From Squalus acanthias (taxonomy: Eukaryota), in assembly GCA_030390025.1 (NCBI GenBank), contig CM059431.1, positions 113,090,001-113,154,000 on the forward strand: 64,000 nucleotides of DNA, given 5' to 3'. The notes below the pieces were generated by a model. That model was given only the letters and a program-made list of their open reading frames with translations, did no database searches and had not been told where the DNA came from. Shown here one piece after another: positions 39,301 to 49,649 of the stretch. The position numbers were made by a program, and so were the translations under genes. Each line of letters opens with the position of its first letter. Position 1 is the stretch's first letter.

Positions 39301-42300
39301 ATGGAGGGTAGACATCAGGAGGCGGCAAACAGATCATTGGTCACGTTTACAGTGGGCATCATTGGTGGCTTTAAGTTTGAGTTTCATATTTCGCAATCAG
39401 ATGGATTAACACATTATATTTTGACTGTGCATAAGGGCGTTTTGGTCAGAAATCTTAACTTGTACTGCCTACTCAGGTTGACCTTAATTTTGTACTGTTG
39501 ACTCCGTTTTGTCTGGGAACCGTGGGCATCAGGTAAAATTGACGAAGTAGGTCTGCACAGATCAGGCAGCTGTGAGAGTTACACTGTAATCGCAGCCTTG
39601 GTTTTCCTATCCCATGCATCCACTGTTCCTCCTCTTGATCATCTTTCAAACTTACCCTATTTTCCAATTGGAATGAATTTAAGCCCCAGTTTTCACTCCA
39701 GGCAGAAATCAGGGGTGCAGGGGGGTGAAGTAGGCTGTGAACTGCCCATAAGGAGGGTGAGGCCCGAGAGACTTTCACTCCTGGGCCTCATTACTGTGCT
39801 GCAATACTGACTCCCGCCTGAAGCCGGCAGGGATGTCATTACCGCTGCCGGACAGAAGTCTAAATTTGTGGGGGTCAGGCTATCGCCGGGGACCCACGGA
39901 AACGGTCGCTGGGCACCCATGGCAACGGTCCCCGACGAGCTCTGCCAGTAGTGGGGGTGGGGGGGAGGAATTGGAAAAGTCCACGATGGGGCGAGGCTGG
40001 GGGAAGCCAGGGGAGGCCCAAGGTAGCCTCGTGGGGCCAGGAGGAGCCAAGTTAAATTTATTCTTCTTGGTGATACACAGGGGCACCTGAGGGAATACTT
40101 CTGATTTTTATTGCTCTCACCCTCTGTTGAGGGTAAGCACTTGGGTTTTGCTTTCTTTGTTGATACAGTGGCATGTGTGGGGGAGGGCAGAATTGTGCTC
40201 ACAAACTTTCATTGTGGTGTTCGGCACAGATGGTCTGGCGCACTGCAGAGCAGTGTAGATTATTACATACACGCTGCCTTGTTACTGTTGAATGCCAACC
40301 ACAAACCTTCAGAATTTCTGACAGTGGAAGAAAGCTGTTCAGAGGTGCTGATGAGCATTAGCTTCTTAATTTAAGAGTTTTATAGGAGTATGTTCAGCGC
40401 TTGTAAAATTATATCACCTGCAGTAATTTCTACAAAATAATTTTACAAATGAACATCTATTGTGGAAAAACTGTCAGTCTTTCAGAAATAATGTTTGCAT
40501 GCTTTTCATTACTATATATAACCTCCTATTTACAGACAATGTGCAGCAAGATCTGTGCTCATTTGTTCGCTGATTATTCACTGCAACTATATGTCACCCA
40601 GTTTAATTACAGAGCTTGGTACAGTGCATGGAGCAATGACGTGATAATCACTGTGATGCTTGGTCTTGCCCATTTGCAAATAAAAGAACAGATGGTGAAA
40701 GACTATTGAGGATCTCAATCCTTTAACTAAGACTTGTATTGTTTTGGAAGACATTGATTGTCCACATAGATATTTCTCTTTCATATTACAGCTGTCTCCA
40801 AAATTACATAGTAAATGTAACCCAGCATGTAATGTCATTATTTATTGCTTGTTTCATATTTCTAAATTTTCTGGGCTTACCTAAGTTACAAGTACTTTCA
40901 TAATGCACCATTTTATTTGATGCCTGCATTATACGTAACATGTAAAGGACTTGGGGAAATACACTACATCCTTGACGTAGTCGCCACTATGAATGCAGCG
41001 CCTTTTATGTGCAATACTGGCACGTTCAATACTTTTGTAATGGTTGCAACTGATAGCTATCACCTGAAGGAATAGGACAAAATGTGTGCACAGGTTATGT
41101 TTTATTATTACTTGAAGCCACTTCATTTGAACAGTACTCTCAGACAGTGCCTTGACTGAAAGCTACACTTTAGTTATGAAGCCATATATTCTGGGAAGGG
41201 AAGGCTGGTATAGACGATGCAACCTTTTGGAAGACACACCTTTGTCTAGAAGCATGATTTTATTTTTCAAAAGTGTGTTTGATGTTTAATTTTGAAAAGG
41301 AATACAGTGTATTTACGGCCTAAGATTGTGAAAGCAGCCGAATAGAATGCAGGGTTGTCTAGAGGTTGACCGTTTCTGTGGCAGCAGCGTGGGACTAATA
41401 TGCACTGTTTTAACATCAGATTGCAAACGCTTCATATGAAGTGAAACCAGTCTCCAATAACTTTTTTTAGCAACCCTCTGGTGGTCTAACATTCAATGTT
41501 TTATTGTTGGAATCAAAATAAGACTTGAAATCCGCTTCACGGTGAAAACCAACTCTCCTGAGTGAAGTAATATGTGGAAACTTGAAGCGCACAATTTTAC
41601 CAAATACACAGCAGTTGGAAATGAAATATGTTCAGTTACTGTATAAGTATATTTTCTGATCACTGGCGATATCATCCATTCCGAGTTCACAATAACTGCA
41701 CACTTGACATTCTAAGCTGCTGCTTGTGTATATTGAGTAGGATAACGTAGGGTGTAGTTGCCGAAACTGTAACAAGAGCAGGTATCTCAAATATTTGACC
41801 ATAATGATTCCTGGGTACATGGAGATACTTGGAGAAATTGTGTTGAGGTGCCCAGAGCTTCCGACCTGAGGAAAAAAACTGAGAGGATAAAATCGCCTGG
41901 CATGGTCAAACTGACCAGGCCTGCAGAAATGTTGGCAGTGATTTCTGAACTTGAAACCTCCTATTCTCATCAACCAAATATGTCCCACCCACCCACCCCT
42001 CCTCCTAGCCTTTTTGCAAGGACTGATTGGTAAGCCTCTGCGTCCTGTGTGCACTGCTGTGATGTACAACATGTTTTTGGCCTGTCTGTTCTTTTAGTCG
42101 TACTATAGCGTGTTGTTCTTACCGGGAGGAACATTGGTTGGATGGTTGCTAAGGTGATTTGGGGAGTGGAGGGGTAGGGGAAGCTTGTGCACCTGGCTCG
42201 CAATCGTGAGCAAACAATGATTCAAACCCTCAGTTATACTGGCACTAAAAGAACCAAATAAATCATTTATTTGTTTGATACAAAATATGCAAGCAAATTA

Positions 42301-44715
42301 AGCACTCATAAGTGTAAGCATATTGAAATATCTTGGTGGCATTCAATAGCATGAGAGTGAGTGGGCATTTATAATAATACTTGGGTTTGTATGAAACCAT
42401 TCATATTGAAATGTTTAGAAGTGGTTCACACCATTCATTTTTGACAAGCTTTGAGTGTTGTGATGAAGATAAAATGTTATGGCTATTCTGTGACAACATC
42501 TCGCAAGTAGTTATGAGATCTGTTTTGTGGTGGTATTGGTTGGGAGGAATCTGGTCCTGTGCACCGGGAAAACTTTTCAAATAGTGCCATGGGATCTTTA
42601 ATAGCCATCTGAACCACTTGATGCCAGATAGTCCCCGACAATCGGGAAAGATCGTGAGTTGAAGGGATGGGGTTCAGATCGGGAGGGAGGGGAAGATCAA
42701 AGGCCAGAAGAGGGGGGGGGGGGGGTGGGGGGGAATGGCAGTGAGGAGAGGTCACGATCGGCAGAAGATTTGTTTGAGGGGCCGGGGGAGCACTCCTGCT
42801 GCTCCTGGCTCACGAGACGTGCTGTAAATGCATTTGCCAAGCTGGACCTGGCCGCTCCCGTCTCTGTCGGGAAACCTGGCCGGCCGGCCAGCGATTAAAC
42901 TTAAATCGGGCTCCCAACTGCACTGTGGGAGACTGAAATAAATATTATAATCAAATGACCCGCCTCTCGAGTGCGGGACACGGACACGGCTCGCACCCCC
43001 CTGCTGTAAAAGTGGCGGCAGGCACGTATGCGGTGGGTTGGGGTTGCGTTTCATGATTTAACATTTTTAACCCCCCCCCCCCCCCAATCCCCTCCCCCCT
43101 GTTATGGGCGGGGGATAATATCGACCCCATAGATGCTGCTCTTGAAATGAAGGGAAACTGAAAGCTTGGGTGCACTAACGGGAAAGCCTCAGACTTTTTG
43201 TGCCTGTTCCACCAGCCCTGCTTCACCAAATGAAGGTTAGTTCCAAGTTTAACCTGGCGTTCGTGAATTAAAGTCTGGAAAACCATTCATACGTAGCAGA
43301 AGTGGTGTGGGCTTTATTGCTGCCATTCTGTGCAAGCTTGGATTAATACTGAACGTTGAAAAGCAGCTATCCTAACAGGAGATGTGCAAAATCTAGCCAG
43401 CAGGTCAAATTTAAGGGGATGTGTGTGATTAAGGGTGGTGCATATGGGGCCAAATATTCTTCAGCCTTTAGAAAGTTTCAAAAATGAATATCGGCCTCTG
43501 CCAAGGTTGTGGGGAGTGGAGGGGAAGGAGTGGCGGGCAGAATTGAAGTAAAAGGAAACCCAATGTGAAGGCACGAAACGGAATCTGTGGGCATGTAATG
43601 GAGTGGTGCAGTGCCCGACTCCCTGTTTGATGGCTGGCAAAGTGAATCTGCTGCTGCATGAGGTGGGTGCGAGGGAAGGCGCCTTGTTTGGAACTTCACC
43701 AGTCCTCCCCAGCTTGCCTGTCTCAAGGTGTCAGCCAGCCGTAGCGGTCTGTATAGTAGCACAGTTACCATTTACTACACGTTGTACTCTTGGGAACCCC
43801 AGCACTCAGGAAATGTTCTATGTCCTGTTGAGCTGATCTCTCCTTTCCACAGAGAAAGTGATGAAGATTTTGACTGTTGCAGATAAAATCTCTTTTGCTC
43901 GACGCAGCTAGCTGACTTATTGATGTGACACTCGTTACCAGTGCTAGTTTGGAAGGAACCAGTGACGTAAAGGTTTTATGCACACTCGTGGGAAGAGCCA
44001 TCACTGTGGCGCAAGTTGTCTTCAGGTTGGCTTCCAAGAGATAGCTATGTGACAGCCCCTTTTGTAAAGCAAGGGCAGCAAATACAGGAAGAACCATCTG
44101 GGCATGTCATAGTAGATCTGCCTTTCGCACTTCCACTTCATGAAGGGGCTGCCATTTAGCCGTGGCCTCTCTCCCAAGTGCCCAGATTAGCAGACACCTT
44201 ATGCAAGCCTGTGAACATACAGCATGCACGCACCTTCTGTTAGTAGTGTGCTTGATGTTTGTTGCTTGCCATATTTCATGGGCCACAGGACAAACATATT
44301 GTCAACACAGAGTGCCATGATAAAAAAAAATGGTCATGCCTCTGCATTTGAAAAGTATGTGAATAGTTGCCAGAGTTGTTATGTCTGATAAACACTCAAG
44401 TTGATGTAGTAATGTGATAACTGCTTTTATTTCAGATTCTCTGGAACATTCTCTCTAGATATAACAAACAGAGGAGACCTGTACTGTAATTGCAACAGGA
44501 TGCTTGCTCCAATCAGGGGGCCTTCTAGTGTCCAGTTAACAATATGCAATATACAATACGTTTCACTTTTTCCCCCCTCAGAATATCAAAGTGACAATAA
44601 TCATCTCCAAGAATAAGCCTGGTTAACAGCTAAATAACATTAAGTAAAGAAATTCTGAAACTATGTAATTCAAAAATAGAGTACAAAAGCCAGGTAGTTA
44701 TGCTAAACCTATGTA

Positions 44716-44930
44716 TGATGTGGAGATGCCGGTGTTGGACTGGGGTGGACAAATGTGAGAAGTCGCACAACACCAGGTTATAGTCCAACAGTTTTATTTG
44801 AAATCACAAGCTTTCGGAGCGCTGCTCCTTCGTCAGGTGACTTCACCTGACGAAGGAGCAGCGCTCCGAAAGCTTGTGATTTCAAATAAAACTGTTGGAC
44901 TATAACCTGGTGTTGTGCGACTTCTCACAC
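44716..44930. mobile_element. Fold-back mini-Penelope-like element (family P2) with 11-bp TSD
   Basis: Perfect 87-bp inverted repeat 44754-44840 / 44843-44929 plus a 38-nt unpaired left end; TSD aaacctatgta at 44705-44715 and 44931-44941. Confidence 0.85.
44843..44879 (+). ncRNA. Minimal type I hammerhead ribozyme motif (mirror copy on the - strand at 44804-44840)
   Basis: tcac-CTGACGA-a-GGAGC agc GCTCC-GAAA-GC-TT-gtga: stem I tcac/gtga, stem II of 5 bp, palindromic AGCT stem III, UH site ending at 44875. Confidence 0.8.
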
Positions 44931-45421
44931 AAACCTATGTAAAACACTAGTTCAGCCCCAGCTTGATCAGTGTGCCCAATTCTGGGCACCACACTTTAGG
45001 AAGGATGTGAAGGCTTTGACGAGAGTCCAGAAAAGATTTACTCGAATGGTTCCAGGGATGAGGGATTACAGTTACGTGGATAGACTAGAGAAGCTGGGGT
45101 TGTTCTCCTTGGAGCACAGAAGGGTTAGAGGAGATTTTATAGAGGTGTTTAAAATCATGAAGGATTTAGATAAAGTAAAGAGAAACTGTTTCCAATGGCT
45201 GAAGGGTCGATTAATGAGAGGGCACAGATTTAAGGTGAATGGCAAAAGAACCAGAGGCGACATGAGGAAACTTTACGCAGCGAGTGGTTAGGATCTGGAA
45301 TGCACTGCTTGATAGAGTGGTGGATACAGATTCAATAGTAGCCTTCAAAAGGGAATTGGATGAATACGTGAAGGAGAAAAGATTGCAGGGGTATGGGGAA
45401 AGAGCCAGGGAGTAGGACTAA

Positions 45422-45632
45422 TACAAAAGCAAAATACTGCGGATGCTGGAAATCTGAAATAAAAACAGAAAATGCTGGAAATACTCAGCAGGTCAGGCAG
45501 CATCTGTGGAGAGAGAGAAACAGAGTTAATGTTTCAGGTCGAAGGGTCATAGACCTGAAATGTTAACTCTGTTTCTCTCTCCACAGGTGCTGCCTGACCT
45601 GCTGAGTATTTCCAGCATTTTCTGTTTTTATT
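45422..45632. mobile_element. Fold-back mini-Penelope (family P1) with 15-bp TSD
   Basis: Near-perfect arms ~45458-45540 / 45552-45632; TSD agggagt(a/g)ggactaa at 45407-45421 and 45633-45647. Confidence 0.85.
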
Positions 45633-45897
45633 AGGGAGTGGGACTAACTGGATTGCTCTTCGAAAGAGTTGGCGCAGACTTGATTGGCCAAATGCCTCCT
45701 TCTGTGCTGTACTACTCTATGATTCTATCCCATAATTCGCAGGAAAGATGGGTTATGTCAACATGAGAACCATGGTGAAAACCCACACGCAAAGCTATCT
45801 ACAAATCTAAACGATTTGGAGGTTTCCTTGACCTTTGAAGATATCTTTGAGTAGGTTTAACCATTGGTGAGCTGGGACTAATAACAGGAGCAGTAGA

Positions 45898-46338
45898 GTC
45901 AGCCTTGGCTCAATGGTAGCACACTCTCCTCTGAATCGGAAGGTTGTGGATTCAAGCCCCACTCCAGAGACTTGAGCACATAATCTAGGCTGATATTTCT
46001 GTGCAGTACTGAAGAAGTGCTTCACTATCTAAGGTGCTGCATTTCAGATGAGACATGAGCCCTTTCAGGTGGATGTAAAAGATTCCATGGCACTATTCTA
46101 AGAAGAGCAAGGGAGTTCTCCTGGTGCTTTGGCCAACCTTTATCTCTCAACCAACACATAAAACAGATGATCTTTTCATCTGTTTCTTTGCTGTTTGTGG
46201 GACCTTGCTGTGTGCAAATTGCCTGTTGCGTTACCTGCATTACAACAGTGACTACACTTCAAAAGTACTCCATTGGCTGTAAAGTGCTTTGGGATATCTT
46301 GAGGTCATGAAAGATGCTATACAAATGCAAGTCTTTCT
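45898..46338 (+). mobile_element. tRNA-derived SINE, full length
   Basis: Head gtcagccttggctcaatgg (A box), ggattcaagccc (B box), central domain, tail atgcaagtctttc. Confidence 0.88.
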
Positions 46339-46349
46339 CATGGTAACTT

Positions 46350-47990
46350 CTTGGGTTTGGTTTCAACATTGTTGTGTTTCACAGCTTTCTTCAGAGACTG
46401 TCCTGGAGATTTGTCTCCAGAATTAGGAGCACGAGCCATGTCCTGGGAGGATGATTGGTTCGTAACACATATGAATAGGCAAAATATCTGAAGCTTTCTG
46501 AGGACTTGCAACAGTTACTTGCTTAGTATCAGTTGTCAGCTCCTGAACCTGTTTCATTAACTGTTGAAACATCGGTGGTGTGAACTGGTTCCGGATGCTT
46601 CTCACTCTTTGGAATAGTTCCTGTGATTTTTGTACTTCAGAACCATAAGGAGCTCCTTCTCATTCACTTTGTGACTGCCTTCCAAAATCTGCATCGGATG
46701 GTGTGACGTCTCGGCCCTTGGACAGCATTCGTGATGGGTCTGAATATCTTGTTATTAGCGTTGGTTTGGTTAATCTTGTGAAGAACAATATCGCTGTCTT
46801 TTGGCAAGCCATCTGGTTCCTGGATACTGACAGGGGGGGTAAGTGGAAGCCAGGGAAAAATCCCTGGTCATCTCGCTTCTTTCCCTCAGTATTGAGACAT
46901 TTCTACTGCTTCTTTGAAGCCACACAGCAATCTGCCATCAGGGCTTGTTTTGGTGCATTCACTCTCAAACAATTTCCGAACCATTTTGCTCAGGTTTTAC
47001 CCAGGCATGATTGAGCTAGCCCAGTCGCTATAGTCGATTTTCTCGATTATGCCCTCACATTCCATGCAATCTAATTCCGCTGATATTCTTTCCTTTAGAG
47101 CATAGGATAACCCTGCGATCTTAACTTTTTTTTTGCCTTTGCCTGCTCTTTCACGTTAATTGGATACGCTTTGCTGGACCAAGTTTCGGGCTGATTAAGG
47201 ACTTGTACTTTTCTATAAGTATGTCCATGGGTTTTGGAGTAGTGATCTTCTTAATACTGGCCCAGTTTAACTTCACGATACGAAGCCAATTGCCCCTTTC
47301 CTGCTATGGGATATGCAGGAAAATGCATTTCTTCTTCATATGTATCTCCTTGTGGTGCGATTTCATCCTCTGGTTCTTCGTCCAAACCAACTTCTGCTGA
47401 TTCCTCACAGCACTAATATGATTTAGGATCGCTTTTTCTTCCTGCCTTCAATCTACTGGCTTCCGGCTACCAGCAACAATTCGCTAAATGGATGGATTCC
47501 ATGAATTTATAGCATTTGACCATTTAAAAAAAAAACATTGATCTGGATGATTATTTTTACAACATAGTTGAGTGACTCTGGTCACTCTGGAGCTGTTCGA
47601 CTCTGGCCTGTAACTTGCTAACATGCCTGGCTGCAGTCTCCATCCTAAGTGCTATTTCATGAGCTCTATCAGATGTGAGCTTGTCTTCTACCGACAGTTT
47701 CCTCTATATCGACATTTCCTTCAAACCACAGACAAAGTGGTCTCTTATTGTGTTGTCGAGAAACTCACTAAAGTCTCATGTTTCAGACAGTTTCTTCAGT
47801 CCTGCCACAAACTGAGAAGCATTTTTATAATTCCTTTGCTTTCTCTGGTTAAACTTGAACCGTTCCACAGTAACGAGCGGCTTCAGGATCAGAACCAACT
47901 CCTCATACGTTTTATCTTTAGGCTGGGCAGGAGCATTCAGATTCTTAATCAATATATATGTTGCAGGTCTGCAGATAACAAGCAAAACTA
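46350..47990 (-). mobile_element. Heavily deleted Gypsy LTR-retrotransposon relic (gag-RT-integrase pieces)
   Basis: gag-like ICRPATYILIKNLNAPAQPKDKTYEEL...ERFKFNQRKQ (47780-47990); RT-like YALKERISAELDCMECEGIIEKIDYSDWAS (~47010-47105); integrase-like [12 protein letters not shown] (~46550-46595). No LTRs recognised. Confidence 0.75.
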
Positions 47991-47999
47991 CTCTCTTTC

Positions 48000-48397
48000 C
48001 CTGTGCTCGCTGACCTACATTGGCTCCCGGTAAGCAACGCCTCGATTTTAAAATTCTCATCCTTGTTTTCAAATCCCCCCTATCTCTCTCATCTCCTCCA
48101 GCCCCACAACCCCCCCCGAGATATCTGCGCTCCTCCCATTCTAGCCTCTTGAGCATCCCTGATTCTAATCGCTCAACCTTTGGTGGCCGTGCCTTCTGTT
48201 GCCTAGGCCCTAAGCTCTGGAATTCCCTCCTTAAACCTCTCCGCGCCTCTACCTCTCTTTCCTCCTTAAAACCTATCTCTTTGACAAAGCTTTTAGTCAT
48301 CTGCCCTAATATCATCTTGCGTGGCTCAGTGTCAAATTTTGTTTTATAACGCTCCTGTGAAGCACCTTGGGATGCTTTACTACATTAAAGACACTAT
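48000..48397 (+). mobile_element. L2-type LINE 3' end
   Basis: PVLADLHWLPV.QRLDFKILILVFKS...GGRAFCCLGPKLWNSL; its tail resembles the SINE tail and resumes at 49161. Confidence 0.85.
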
Positions 48398-49160
48398 GGG
48401 CCTGTATATTCTGATGCCTACAGGTGTGTCCAGGCTGTGTACACACCCGTAGGGACATCGGAAATGCTGGTTTCAGGCATGCGAAGCGCACGCGCTTAAA
48501 ACCAGTATTTTCGATCTGTCAAGAATGGTCTTGACAGATTGGCCGTCTGCCTTAGAGAAGGGCCTCTGCGGGGGGGGAGAAGAGAGAGTTCTGCTTTCTG
48601 GAGAACCTCCGCCCGCAGAAAACCCTTAGAAATCTTACGCCTGGTAAAAGCAGGCATAAGGCCTGCTTTTACCAGCATAAGAGTTGAAGAAAAAAAGTTT
48701 AAAAAAAATAAAAAAATGTTCACTCATTTATAATTTAAAAATACTTTTTTAAAAAAAAAGTAAGTTTATTTTTAGCCCCGTAAAAAAACTTTAATTATTT
48801 TTTCAAAAAAATAAATTTTTGCTGTAATTTCAACTCATTTTAAAAATGTGATTTTTAAAATTTATTTCATGTTTTACTGTGTTTTTGGGGTGATCTCCAT
48901 TCATATATTTGACAGGTCTATCTGTCAAGTGTATGAAGGGAGATTCCCCTCTCCTATTGGCTCCCCATGACCCACGTGATCCCAGGGACGCTTGCGAACT
49001 GCATGTGGGTCATGGGGTACGTGGGCCCCGCACATTTCGAGTTCGGAGAGGCCCAGGAGTGGAAGTATACACACCTCGAGAGCCCTCAGGTAAGTTTGTA
49101 GATTTTTCCCAGATCGGAGGCCTCCGCACGCAGGAAGCCTCCGATTGGAAAATACGGGCC
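48398..49160 (-). mobile_element. MITE family A, copy 3, inserted in an L2 tail
   Basis: Ends gggcctgtatattctgat ... attggaaaatacgggcc; apparent 3-bp TSD TAT. Removing it restores the LINE tail ..cactatataaat. Confidence 0.85.
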
Positions 49161-49462
49161 TATATAAATAAAAGTAGTTGTTGTTGTGTCTGTTATAATA
49201 TAATATAATTTGCCTCAAAATAAAAATTCTCTTTCAACACATTCACTCCAGCTGGACCCCTGCCGGTACTCTTTGATTGTTCCAACCAACGCTGACATGA
49301 TAAAATTGCAGTGATAAGGTTGATCGCTATTTAATTAACTAAGGTGTCCAATATTCAGAATGTGCTGCCTGTTATCATTGTTGCTAACTGTTGTGTTTGA
49401 TAAACACTCAAGTTGGTGTGGTAATGTAATGACCGCTTTGATTTCAGACTGTCTGAAACATT

Positions 49463-49649
49463 GGGGGTATATTTAACCTAATTCACCCATCGGGAAACTG
49501 CCTGGATCGGGTACAACGCTGGTTTTACACCCCATCCCATTTTACTGTCCATTGAAGTCAATGGAGGGCATTATTGGGCGGGTTGTAAAACCGGCATTGC
49601 ACCCGATCCTGTGGGAGCCCGCCTGGCAAGTTAGGTTCAAATTACCCTC
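49463..49649. mobile_element. Palindromic ~187 bp Harbinger-like MITE
   Basis: Ends gggggtatatttaacctaa / ttaggttcaaattaccctc; internal inverted arms ggatcgggtacaacgctggttttaca / tgtaaaaccggcattgcacccgatcc; ATT TSD confirmed by the empty site in a paralogous segment. Confidence 0.8.

Larger units (their letters stand above)
44674..45728 (+). mobile_element. CR1 LINE 3' fragment hosting two fold-back Penelope insertions
   Basis: IEYKSQVVMLNLCKTLV... and ORF 45007..45291 RVQKRFTRMVPGMRDYSY...; ttctatga tail. Confidence 0.9.

Noticed and set aside
44754..44929. Canonical pre-miRNA or assembly fold-back artefact
   Set aside because: A perfect 87-bp stem with a 2-nt loop is atypical for a pre-miRNA. 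The 11-bp TSD and continuity of the host CR1 on both sides argue for a real insertion.
45898..45975. tRNA gene
   Set aside because: The A/B boxes belong to a SINE head that continues into the SINE body; no convincing cloverleaf. The same applies at ~16165-16235 and ~56935-57007.
47776..48315. 179-aa ORF as a novel gene
   Set aside because: A chance fusion of antisense L2 sequence and a Gypsy gag fragment.
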